Source of the DNA: an uncultured Propionibacteriaceae bacterium | GTDB taxonomy: Bacteria > Actinomycetota > Actinomycetes > Propionibacteriales > Propionibacteriaceae | Direction: 5' to 3' | Length of the DNA stretch: 53,851 bases | NCBI GenBank assembly: GCA_964391475.1 | Contig: CAYMMF010000001.1 | Span: 1-53,851 of the forward strand | Shown here: positions 20,411 through 28,647 of the stretch, in pieces | Layout: each line of letters begins with the position of its first letter | How positions within the stretch are numbered: the stretch's first letter is position 1 | Program-made: the position numbers and the translations under genes | The notes under the pieces: generated by a model | What the model saw: only the letters and a program-made list of their open reading frames with translations | Told to the model about the DNA's origin: nothing | The model's database searches: none

Positions 20411-21244
20411 TCAGACGCGACGCAGGACGGCGGTCACCTTACCCAAGATGGTGGCTTGGTTACCGTCGATGGGATCGTAGGCTTGGTTGTGGGGCAGCAG
20501 CCACACTTGCCCCGGCGTCCGCTTGAAAGACTTCACCGTGGCTTCGCCATCGATCAACGCGGCAACGATGTCTCCGTTGACTGCGTCGGGTTGTTGGCGA
20601 ACAACCACGAAGTCTCCGTCGCAGATCGCGGCATCGATCATCGAATCACCACGCACCTCAAGCAAGAACAGGGTGCCCTGCCCGACCAATTCGCGCGGGA
20701 GCGGGAAGACATCCTCAATCTGCTCTTCTGCAAGTATTGGCCCGCCCGCCGCGATCCGACCGACCACGGGGACGTTGACCGCTTGCGTCGCGGTTTTGAA
20801 ACCTTCGGCGTCGATCAATTTGGCATCTGAAGCGGAACCATCTTGTTTTTGCACACCTTGGGTTGCCTCCTCTTCTGGTGGTAGCACCACAGAAAGAGCC
20901 CGGGGTCGCTTCGGATCGCGCATCAAATAGCCTTTTGCCTCCAGGGTGCGCAATTGGTGAGAAACGCTGGAAGGCGATGCTAAACCGACCACCTCGCCGA
21001 TCTCACGAATCGAAGGCGGATAGCCCCTGCTATCTATCGTGTCTTTGATCATTTGGAGGATGAGGCGCTGCCGAAATGTGAGCACGTCGGTGCCGCTTGA
21101 TGCGGCAGGGAGTTCGGACTCAGTCCGAAGCTTGGCTATCTCTGCCTCGCTTGGCCGCCCCCGGCGCTTGCGGGGCTCAAGTTTGGGAGTTTTAGCCACG
21201 CGGTGTTGGGGGGTGTTGTCTGTTTGACCCTGGCTCGTTTCCAT
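20411..21244 (-). CDS. lexA: SOS repressor LexA with an N-terminal extension carrying an AT-hook
   Basis: [10 protein letters not shown] winged helix, IAAG cleavage site, GDSM serine, TVK lysine; TAATCT -10 six nt before ATG. Confidence 0.97.
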   Translation of the reverse strand: METSQGQTDNTPQHRVAKTPKLEPRKRRGRPSEAEIAKLRTESELPAASSGTDVLTFRQRLILQMIKDTIDSRGYPPSIREIGEVVGLASPSSVSHQLRTLEAKGYLMRDPKRPRALSVVLPPEEEATQGVQKQDGSASDAKLIDAEGFKTATQAVNVPVVGRIAAGGPILAEEQIEDVFPLPRELVGQGTLFLLEVRGDSMIDAAICDGDFVVVRQQPDAVNGDIVAALIDGEATVKSFKRTPGQVWLLPHNQAYDPIDGNQATILGKVTAVLRRV

Positions 21245-21275
21245 ACCTTCAGATTAGGGGAATCGAACACGGTAA

Positions 21276-21291
21276 TCAAACATGCGTTCGA
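21276..21291. promoter_or_regulatory. LexA box over the lexA -35 region
   Basis: TCAAAC-ATGC-GTTCGA; an extra half site TCGAAC at 21263. Confidence 0.85.
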
Positions 21292-21381
21292 GGTGTTTCG
21301 CGATTCAGTCGGTTTTGTCAGAGGCGACTGGTTTGGTTGATCCATGGCGAGCGAGACCAGGAAGTCAAGTAATCGGAAGTC

Positions 21382-21428
21382 TTGCATTCGTCCGGACGTT
21401 CGATTATGCTTATCGAACGCACGTACGT
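21382..21428 (+). promoter_or_regulatory. SigA promoter with overlapping degenerate LexA boxes for the lexA-divergent gene
   Basis: TTGCAT-N17-TATGCT (21382-21410); TCGTCC-GGAC-GTTCGA (21388-21403) in the spacer and TCGAAC-GCAC-GTACGT (21413-21428) over the start site. Confidence 0.7.
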
Positions 21429-21446
21429 TAGATTGGAGGCGCTGAG

Positions 21447-21791
21447 ATGGCGACCATGGTGATCAACTCATCGATGACTGGCCTTAGGGCAATATCCACT
21501 TCCACGGAATTGCCTCGCCGCAAAGCTTCGGAGCCTCGAGGGGCACTCCCAATCCACGCCTGCACCGACGTGCTGCAAGCGAGAAGTCTGGCCGTCGCGC
21601 CTGTGGCGTCTGGCGAGGAACTTCACTGGACGCCTCGCGGCCTAGCTGTCGCACTGTTGGTAATCGCGCTGTTCACCGTCGCGGTTGTGGTGACGGTGGT
21701 GGTTCAGTTCCTGGCAGTAAGCGATGCGCCACTCGACCTTTCGTCCCAGTCTGGGGCGGTCCGCACTGCCCTAATGCAAGTCGGCGGTTAA
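21447..21791 (+). CDS. single-pass membrane protein at the ChiZ/DivS/YneA (SOS division inhibitor) position, no LysM domain
   Basis: GGAGG RBS; LHWTPRG followed by a ~25-aa hydrophobic helix; lies between lexA and nrdR. Confidence 0.7.
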   Translation: MATMVINSSMTGLRAISTSTELPRRKASEPRGALPIHACTDVLQARSLAVAPVASGEELHWTPRGLAVALLVIALFTVAVVVTVVVQFLAVSDAPLDLSSQSGAVRTALMQVGG

Positions 21792-21815
21792 GAGGCCATT
21801 GACGTTCTCGTTGAC

Positions 21816-21859
21816 TTGCCCGCTGGCGCCAACTCACGAGTTTTGCTCCAGTGGGGCAA
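21816..21859. terminator. long imperfect hairpin upstream of the nrdR promoter
   Basis: TTGCCC-GCTGG-CGC-CAACTC / GAGTTT-TGC-TCCAGT-G-GGGCAA arms; no U-tract. Confidence 0.5.
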
Positions 21860-21874
21860 TATCGCCGTGCGGCC

Positions 21875-21948
21875 TTGATTGCGCAAACCAAAAGGCATAA
21901 TCTCTACATCTAGTAGTTACATCGATGTGTTTCGTCCACAGGTTGTGG
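21875..21948 (+). promoter_or_regulatory. nrdR-nrdJ promoter with tandem NrdR boxes
   Basis: TTGATT-N17-TAATCT (21875-21903); boxes TCTCTACATCTAGTAG (21901-21916) and CGTCCACAGGTTGTGG (21933-21948), 32 bp apart. Confidence 0.82.
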
Positions 21949-22032
21949 TTGTTGTTCACATCTGGTCCACCGCTGATCCACAGCTTCGTCCACAGGCGAA
22001 GCAGTGGGCGACGCTAGGGAAGGAGTGCCGAG

Positions 22033-22524
22033 ATGCATTGTCCGTACTGTCGGCACACCGATTCCCGGGTTTTAGATTCACGAGTCGCCGAAGACGGCTC
22101 CAGTATTCGCCGACGTCGCGAATGCCGCGACTGCCAACGCCGGTTCACCACCTTGGAGCAGATGCAACTGGTGATTGTGAAGCGGTCAGGGGTCGTGGAG
22201 CCATTTAGCCGCGAGAAGGTTGTGAGTGGCGTCCGCAAAGCTTGCAAGGGGCGACCGGTTTCTGAAATCCAGTTGGCTCGACTAGGTCAACTTGTTGAGG
22301 AGTCTCTGCGAGCTTCAGGGCAAGCAGAAATCCCAGCAAACGAGGTCGGTCTCGCCATCCTCGCACCACTGCAAGAGCTCGACGTGGTGGCTTACCTACG
22401 ATTCGCGTCGGTGTACCAGCACTACCAAACCATTGATGACTTTGAAGCAGAGATCAGCCGACTAAGAGATTCGATCGAAGCAGCCGCAACAGCATCACCA
22501 CCCACTCCCGAGCAGCTCTTCTAA
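22033..22524 (+). CDS. nrdR: transcriptional repressor NrdR
   Basis: MHCPYC...[10 protein letters not shown] zinc ribbon, VKRSG ATP cone, [10 protein letters not shown]. Confidence 0.98.
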   Translation: MHCPYCRHTDSRVLDSRVAEDGSSIRRRRECRDCQRRFTTLEQMQLVIVKRSGVVEPFSREKVVSGVRKACKGRPVSEIQLARLGQLVEESLRASGQAEIPANEVGLAILAPLQELDVVAYLRFASVYQHYQTIDDFEAEISRLRDSIEAAATASPPTPEQLF

Positions 22525-22568
22525 GAGATCGCTCGCCAACCAGGAATCCAGAAAGAGGCCAATCAGTC

Positions 22569-25418
22569 ATGACCGAGACTAGGCAGACCCAGCGCAAGGC
22601 ATCCGTAAAGCGCACCGGGCTCACGATCAATCGGATCTTCACCACTCCTGGTGTTCACCCATACGACGAGGTGACATGGGAACTGCGTGATGTCGTCCAG
22701 ACGAACTGGAAAACAGGCGAGAACGTCTTCGAGCAGCGCGACGTGGAGTTCCCTGATTTTTGGAGCCTCAACGCTTCCACGATCGTCACCACGAAGTACT
22801 TCAGGGGTGCGCTGGGAACGACCAGGCGTGAACGGAGCCTGAAGCAGTTGATCAACCGGGTGGTAGAAAAGTACACCTCCTCGGGCGTTGAGTATGGATA
22901 CTTTGCAACGCCGGAAGACGCAGAGGTCTTCTCCCACGAGTTGATCTGGATGTTGATGCACCAGGTGTTCAGCTTCAACTCGCCGGTGTGGTTCAACGTC
23001 GGGACGCCAAGCCCGCAGCAAGTCTCTGCGTGCTTCATCCTCTCGGTTGACGACTCGATGGATTCGATCTTGAACTGGTACAAAGAGGAAGGCCTGATCT
23101 TCAAGGGTGGTTCCGGCGCGGGTCTCAACCTGTCACGGATTCGTTCTAGCAAAGAGTTGCTCAGCTCTGGTGGCACCGCGTCCGGCCCCGTGTCTTTCAT
23201 GAGGGGTGCGGACGCCAGCGCAGGCACCATCAAGTCCGGCGGCGCCACTCGGCGAGCCGCCAAAATGGTGGTGTTGGACGTCAACCACCCAGACATCGTC
23301 GAGTTCGTAGAGACTAAAGCACGCGAAGAAGACAAAATTCGTGCGCTGCGGGATGCCGGTTTCGATATGGATCTTGGTGGTGCCGACATCGTTAGCGTGC
23401 AATACCAGAATGCCAACAACTCGGTTCGAGTTACCGATGAGTTCATGCGCGCCGTCGAGGCTGGAGAGCCTTTCGGGCTGCGTGCTCGGATGACCGGCGA
23501 TGTGATTGAGCAGGTCGACGCACGCGATCTGTTCAACAAGATAAGTAGCGCCGCCTGGGAGTGTGCGGATCCAGGCCTGCAGTATGACGACACGATCAAC
23601 GACTGGCACACCAACCCCGAAAGTGGCCGGATCACAGCGTCCAACCCCTGTTCGGAATACATGAGCCTCGATAACAGCTCGTGCAACCTGGCAAGCCTGA
23701 ACCTGATGAAGTTCCTGCTTGATGATGACTCCTTCGATTCTGAGAGGTTCACCAAGGCAGTCGAACTGATCATCACAGCAATGGACATTTCGATCAGTTT
23801 TGCGGATTTCCCAACCGAACCGATCGCGCAGACGACGCGGGATTACCGCCAGCTTGGCATCGGATACGCGAACCTTGGTGCGCTGCTGATGGCGATGGGG
23901 AGGGGCTACGACTCCGAGGGTGGTCGTTCGCTGGCTGCCGCAGTGACTTCATTGATGACGGCAGCGGCTTATCGACGCTCTGCTGAACTCGCTGGAGTTG
24001 TCGGGACGTACGCCGGGTACCCTCGCAACGCGTCCGCTCACCAAAAGGTCATGCGCAAGCACCAGGCTGCTAACGACGATCTGAAGATCGTTGAAGCATC
24101 GGATCGTCAGGTGCACGATGCCGCCACCGCTGAGTGGGCGCAGGTCGTAGCTCTTGGCGCCAAGAATGGCTTCCGTAATGCGCAGGCTTCGCTCCTGGCA
24201 CCGACGGGCACCATCGGATTCATGATGGACTGCGACACCACCGGTATCGAGCCAGACTTCTCTTTGGTGAAGTTCAAGAAGCTCGTCGGCGGCGGCTCTA
24301 TGCAGATTGTGAACCAGACGATCCCACGTGCGCTGCACCGGCTCGGCTACCAGCAAGAGACAGCCGAGGCGATCGTGGCGTTCATCGCCGAGAACGGTCA
24401 CGTCGTGGGAGCTCCTGGGTTGGCGGCGGAGCACTATGAGGTGTTCGACACCGCGATGGGTTCACGAGCGATCAGGCCTATGGGCCATGTCAGGATGATG
24501 GCCGCGGTGCAGCCATTCCTGTCGGGCGCGATCAGCAAGACAGTAAACTTGCCGGAGTCCGCGACAGTAGATGAGATCGCAGACGTTTATATGCAGGGCT
24601 GGAAACTGGGGTTGAAGGCGTTGGCGGTCTACCGCGACAACTGCAAGGTTGGCCAGCCGCTCAGCGATGGCAAGAAGAAGACTGAAGAGGTTGCGCCTAT
24701 TCAACCCGAGGTTCGGATCGAGTATCGGCCAAGGCGTCAACGTCTTCCGAAGTCGCGCTTCGGCCGCACCACATCTTTCACAGTCGGTGGCGCCGAGGGC
24801 TACATGACGTCCAGCCAGTACGAAGACGGACGCCTGGGTGAGCTGTTCTTGAAGCTGGGTAAACAAGGTTCAACGCTTGCTGGAGTGATGGATGCCTTCT
24901 CGATCGCGATCTCGATCGCATTGCAGTACGGCGTCCCGCTAGAAACCTATGTGCAGAAGTTCACGAACCTGAAGTTCGAGCCGGCTGGCATGACCGACGA
25001 TCCTGATCTGCGGATGGCTCAGTCGGTGATCGACTACGTGTTCCGACGCCTGGCTTTGGATTACCTGTCTTTCGACGAGCGATCTGAGCTTGGGATCCAC
25101 ACTGCCGCCGAACGGGCGCGTTACGCCGAAACCGGCTCTTACATTTCGGAAGAGGATGAAGCGCAACTCATTGAGTCCGAAACGCTGAAAAATGACCCGG
25201 CAGACAATCGTCGATTCGACGAGGCAGGCCCACTCCAGCCTGCGCTGGTGCCAGCAGAACCTCACGTGGCCCAGGCTCGCACGAGTGCTGAGTTGTTGGA
25301 GCAGATGACTGGCAGTGCGGTGGACGCTCCGCTCTGCCTGACCTGCGGCACAAAGATGCGGCCTTCGGGTAGTTGCTACGTCTGCGAGGGCTGTGGGAGC
25401 ACGAGCGGCTGCAGCTAG
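22569..25418 (+). CDS. nrdJ: vitamin B12-dependent (class II) ribonucleotide reductase
   Basis: FNSPVWFN, SACFI, SNPCSE, APTGTI, SGAISKTVN, C-terminal TSCPD region and Zn ribbon (CLTC...CEGC, GCS). Confidence 0.97.
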   Translation: MTETRQTQRKASVKRTGLTINRIFTTPGVHPYDEVTWELRDVVQTNWKTGENVFEQRDVEFPDFWSLNASTIVTTKYFRGALGTTRRERSLKQLINRVVEKYTSSGVEYGYFATPEDAEVFSHELIWMLMHQVFSFNSPVWFNVGTPSPQQVSACFILSVDDSMDSILNWYKEEGLIFKGGSGAGLNLSRIRSSKELLSSGGTASGPVSFMRGADASAGTIKSGGATRRAAKMVVLDVNHPDIVEFVETKAREEDKIRALRDAGFDMDLGGADIVSVQYQNANNSVRVTDEFMRAVEAGEPFGLRARMTGDVIEQVDARDLFNKISSAAWECADPGLQYDDTINDWHTNPESGRITASNPCSEYMSLDNSSCNLASLNLMKFLLDDDSFDSERFTKAVELIITAMDISISFADFPTEPIAQTTRDYRQLGIGYANLGALLMAMGRGYDSEGGRSLAAAVTSLMTAAAYRRSAELAGVVGTYAGYPRNASAHQKVMRKHQAANDDLKIVEASDRQVHDAATAEWAQVVALGAKNGFRNAQASLLAPTGTIGFMMDCDTTGIEPDFSLVKFKKLVGGGSMQIVNQTIPRALHRLGYQQETAEAIVAFIAENGHVVGAPGLAAEHYEVFDTAMGSRAIRPMGHVRMMAAVQPFLSGAISKTVNLPESATVDEIADVYMQGWKLGLKALAVYRDNCKVGQPLSDGKKKTEEVAPIQPEVRIEYRPRRQRLPKSRFGRTTSFTVGGAEGYMTSSQYEDGRLGELFLKLGKQGSTLAGVMDAFSIAISIALQYGVPLETYVQKFTNLKFEPAGMTDDPDLRMAQSVIDYVFRRLALDYLSFDERSELGIHTAAERARYAETGSYISEEDEAQLIESETLKNDPADNRRFDEAGPLQPALVPAEPHVAQARTSAELLEQMTGSAVDAPLCLTCGTKMRPSGSCYVCEGCGSTSGCS

Positions 25419-25439
25419 CACACCGTTAGGCTCCGCCAG

Positions 25440-25468
25440 TTGAAATACCCCCGTGGGTATGTGATGGT
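25440..25468 (+). promoter_or_regulatory. promoter with a CsoR/CstR-family operator
   Basis: ATACCC-CCGT-GGGTAT palindrome (25445-25460) between TTGAAA and GATGGT (17-nt spacer); GTG start six nt after the -10. Confidence 0.72.
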
Positions 25469-25474
25469 AGCTAG

Positions 25475-25984
25475 GTGAAAAGACGACTCGGTCAGGCGTC
25501 CCAGGCGCTGCGCATGTGGGGGAGCAGGCAGTGGCTGGTTGCCGCTGTGGCCACGGTAGGAGTGGGCCTTGTGCTCGGCTGGGTGACCGTCTTGATACCT
25601 AATCCGGTTTTCGGACGCGAGATCCCGCCGACCGCCTGGAGTTACCCGGTGTGGGTGGTGACCTCAGCCCTCTCAGGGCTGTTGATCGCCACCTACATCC
25701 AACCTGCTGGTTCGAAGCAATCCAAGGGTTCTGAAGAGAAGCTCTCGGTTTGGGGCACCGCTGGCGCTATCGGGTCGTGGTTCGCAATCGGTTGCCCCGT
25801 CTGCAACAAGCTCGCATTGTTAGCGTTGGGTTACACCGGGGCTCTGAACTACTTCGGTGCCGCTCAGCCCTACCTGGCAGCGCTTTCACTGGTGCTGCTG
25901 ATAGTCGGGCTGGTTTACCGGCTGTCGGGGACGATCGCCTGCGAAATGCCGAGGTCCGTCCACAGGTCCGACGCGACGCTCTGA
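25475..25984 (+). CDS. uncharacterised membrane protein (about 4 TM) with a GCPVCNK CxxC motif
   Basis: Hydrophobic segments, IPNPVFGREIP, C107-P-V-C110, extra C156. Confidence 0.8.
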   Translation: MKRRLGQASQALRMWGSRQWLVAAVATVGVGLVLGWVTVLIPNPVFGREIPPTAWSYPVWVVTSALSGLLIATYIQPAGSKQSKGSEEKLSVWGTAGAIGSWFAIGCPVCNKLALLALGYTGALNYFGAAQPYLAALSLVLLIVGLVYRLSGTIACEMPRSVHRSDATL

Positions 25985-26023
25985 TTACACCCAGCGACAC
26001 GTGCGACGCCCCTGAGGTCACTT

Positions 26024-27664
26024 TCAGTCGGGAACGTACCTGCTGATGATCTTAGAAAGCGCAGACACGGTTTGCGCGCTGCCCACCACGATCATGCGTT
26101 CGCTGGGGCGTTTCTCCCCAAGCCCGCAGACGACGGCACCAGCTTCTTCTGCGATCACCCAGCCCGCAGCGACGTCCCAAGCTTTGGTGTTGCTTTCGTA
26201 GTAGGCGTCCTGGCGTCCGGCTGCCACGTAGCACAGATCCAACGCAGCGGCCCCGTGACGCCTGATGTCCCTCACCTGGGGAAGCAGCTCTGCTACCAGG
26301 GCACCCTGCCAAGCGCGGACTTCCTTGTGATAGCTGAAACCGGTTCCCACCAGGCTCCAGGCCAGATCCTGGTTTGGATCGAACACCAACTTGGTTTCTT
26401 TGCCGCCGCGTAACAACCGGGCGCCACCGCCGCGATGCGCGACGAACATCTCGTCGGTGTCCGGTGTGTAGATCGCCCCGGCCAATGGCCACCAACGGCC
26501 CTTAACCCTGGGGTCACCTACGACCGCGCAGACCGACACCGCATACTCGCCATTGCCATACAGGTAGTTGACGGTGCCATCGATCGGGTCGACGACCCAA
26601 GTGATGCCTGTAGTAGACCAGACGTCCAGGCCTTCCTCGCCCTTCAGCCCGTCGTCCGGGCGAAGTTCGGTCAACAGATCGCGAGCGAGTTTCTCACTCC
26701 GTTGATCCATCAGCGTCACAACGTCGGTTGCGGAAGATTTAGTGGCGGCAACCGCCACTAAATCTGGACGTTCGTCCCGAATGAGCCGACCGCACTGCAT
26801 CGCAACGCTGCGTGCGACTTGTTCGAGTTCGACCAGCAGTTCGTCATCGGGACGAAGCTCAAAGAAGCTCTCTAGCCAGACCGCGATCGCGTCGGAAACG
26901 TTGGAGCCGATCACCTCGTCGGCAACCGCGAGTGCGGACTCACTGGAATCAGCCATACCGACGCCCCACCCGACTTGGGCCAGCATCTCTACGTCGTTGT
27001 CGTTATCACCGAACGCAATGATCGAATTCAGCGGTACGCCCTGCGCTTGCGTGAGACGGGTAAGCCCGACAGCTTTGTTCAGATTCACGTCCTGGAATTC
27101 GAGGAGACACGCGTGAGTCTGAACAGCCAGCACGGCAGGGTCGATGAAATGGCTCGCATGGCTGAGGATCGTGGCTTCGTCCGCCGGGTCGAACACCAAC
27201 GAGAGCTTTCTCACCGGGCTCGTGATGTACTGCCTTAGGTCTCTCACAACGTAAGCCTGCTGATCAAGGGCCACGAACATCGCCGCGAGTTCGTTGTCGC
27301 GGTTCAGGACGCTCCGCTCTGCCTCGGGCAAAGCGAACACCACCGGGTAGCCCTCGAAGTGGTCGAGGATGGCGTGGACGGTGTCGATCAAAAGTGGAGT
27401 GCCCACGATTTCCAAGCCGGATTCGTAGTCAACAACGTAGCCGCCGTTCTCGCCTACAAAGAAGTCGACGATTCCTTCCAAGCCCCAAGCATCCAACCGA
27501 TTTCTGGTCGGGATCGGGTGGCGTCCGCTCGCGATCCCAAACCGGACGCCCATCTTCCGCAACCGTTCGACAACTTGGACGGTTCTTGGGTGCGCCACCA
27601 TGTCGTTGGTCAGCAGAGTCCCGTCTAGGTCGCAAACGACCATTCGTACATCGGAGGCTTCCAT
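26024..27664 (-). CDS. fusion of a Cof-type HAD-IIB phosphatase and an inositol monophosphatase (SuhB-like)
   Basis: N-half DLDGTLL, ASGR, NK, GDNDND; C-half GEE, WVVDPIDGTVNY, GAAALDLCYVAAG, WDVAAG; one uninterrupted frame. Confidence 0.9.
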   Translation of the reverse strand: MEASDVRMVVCDLDGTLLTNDMVAHPRTVQVVERLRKMGVRFGIASGRHPIPTRNRLDAWGLEGIVDFFVGENGGYVVDYESGLEIVGTPLLIDTVHAILDHFEGYPVVFALPEAERSVLNRDNELAAMFVALDQQAYVVRDLRQYITSPVRKLSLVFDPADEATILSHASHFIDPAVLAVQTHACLLEFQDVNLNKAVGLTRLTQAQGVPLNSIIAFGDNDNDVEMLAQVGWGVGMADSSESALAVADEVIGSNVSDAIAVWLESFFELRPDDELLVELEQVARSVAMQCGRLIRDERPDLVAVAATKSSATDVVTLMDQRSEKLARDLLTELRPDDGLKGEEGLDVWSTTGITWVVDPIDGTVNYLYGNGEYAVSVCAVVGDPRVKGRWWPLAGAIYTPDTDEMFVAHRGGGARLLRGGKETKLVFDPNQDLAWSLVGTGFSYHKEVRAWQGALVAELLPQVRDIRRHGAAALDLCYVAAGRQDAYYESNTKAWDVAAGWVIAEEAGAVVCGLGEKRPSERMIVVGSAQTVSALSKIISRYVPD

Positions 27665-27681
27665 CGAGTTTCCCTTCTAAA

Positions 27682-28572
27682 TCACCGGCTCGGCAAGCCA
27701 GCAAATTCGCGGATCGTACCCATCTCGCGACGCGCCTGCCCCAGCCCCTGCTCGAAAACGGAGGCGAGTTTGGCGACTGATCGTTCTGAGTTCGAAATCG
27801 GCATCACTTTGGGTGCTATCACCAACGCTCGTCCTTCTCGCTCGTGTTCGGCGAGTGCGTCCAAGGTGGCGTTGTAACGTTGATGGCGAGTGAGGATCGC
27901 GTCCGCCACCGCCGGATACCGGCGGAACCAACCGCGGTACAGGCCAGAGTTGATGGGACGCCGCTTGCGATAGTCCCGTTCTCTGGTTAAAACCACGATG
28001 AAACGCTCGTATCCTGCAGCTTGCGCCGCATCCAATGCGATCCCACCCGAGGTCCCTAAAGCGCCGTCGACGTACGCGACGTCGTCAATCACGGTCAACG
28101 GCATGATGATCGGCATTGATGAAGAGGCTCGCACCCGCTTCATCAGGTAGGGCATAGTGTCGAGGTCTTCTCGACCCCAGTAGACAGTCTCACCGGTGTC
28201 GCACCGAAGCGCCCCGATAGCTACCTGGGCGGGGTTCGCTTCCCAGGCTGACCAGTTGAATGGCAGGGGCTGATCAGGAGCCGAGGTGTGCTCGTAGATC
28301 CATTCAGCGCTGAACATCCCCTTCCCGGTGAGGAACGTCCGCAGGTTTCCGAACCTTGGATCCTGAGCCAGATCAACGAACGAACGGCGAGCCCTGGCAG
28401 CGTCCCTGCTCACATAATTCACAGTGCAACTCGACCCAGCGGAGATTCCCGCCACAAAGTCGGAATGGACGCCAGCCTCCAAAAGCGCGGCTACCACTCC
28501 GGCTGAGTAACTGGCACGCATGCCTCCACCTTCAAAAACGACTGCGGTGTCGAAAATGTTGTTGGAAACCAT
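27682..28572 (-). CDS. patatin-like phospholipase
   Basis: EGGGMR oxyanion motif, GISAG nucleophile elbow, ASSSMP, DGA; TAGGCT -10 six nt before ATG. Confidence 0.9.
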   Translation of the reverse strand: MVSNNIFDTAVVFEGGGMRASYSAGVVAALLEAGVHSDFVAGISAGSSCTVNYVSRDAARARRSFVDLAQDPRFGNLRTFLTGKGMFSAEWIYEHTSAPDQPLPFNWSAWEANPAQVAIGALRCDTGETVYWGREDLDTMPYLMKRVRASSSMPIIMPLTVIDDVAYVDGALGTSGGIALDAAQAAGYERFIVVLTRERDYRKRRPINSGLYRGWFRRYPAVADAILTRHQRYNATLDALAEHEREGRALVIAPKVMPISNSERSVAKLASVFEQGLGQARREMGTIREFAGLPSR

Positions 28573-28617
28573 TCCGCCAGCCTACCCACAGGTCCGAGTT
28601 CGGGGCGTTACTGAAAC

Positions 28618-28640
28618 TGGTATGGATGCCTGGCATACCA
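28618..28640. promoter_or_regulatory. inverted repeat over the ArsR gene promoter (putative autoregulatory operator)
   Basis: TGGTATG-N9-CATACCA overlapping -10 TACCAT (28636-28641). Confidence 0.5.
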
Positions 28641-28647
28641 TGTGACC

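Noticed and set aside
22655-23788. 377-aa antisense ORF within nrdJ, and similar shadow ORFs (for example 15187-16083, 14945-15643, 46725-47285)
   Set aside because: Expected by-product of high-GC codon bias on the opposite strand; Ser/Arg-rich with no recognisable motifs
10278-25418. Inteins or introns in the common host genes recA and nrdJ
   Set aside because: Both proteins have ordinary lengths and contiguous motifs; no splice-junction or homing endonuclease signatures
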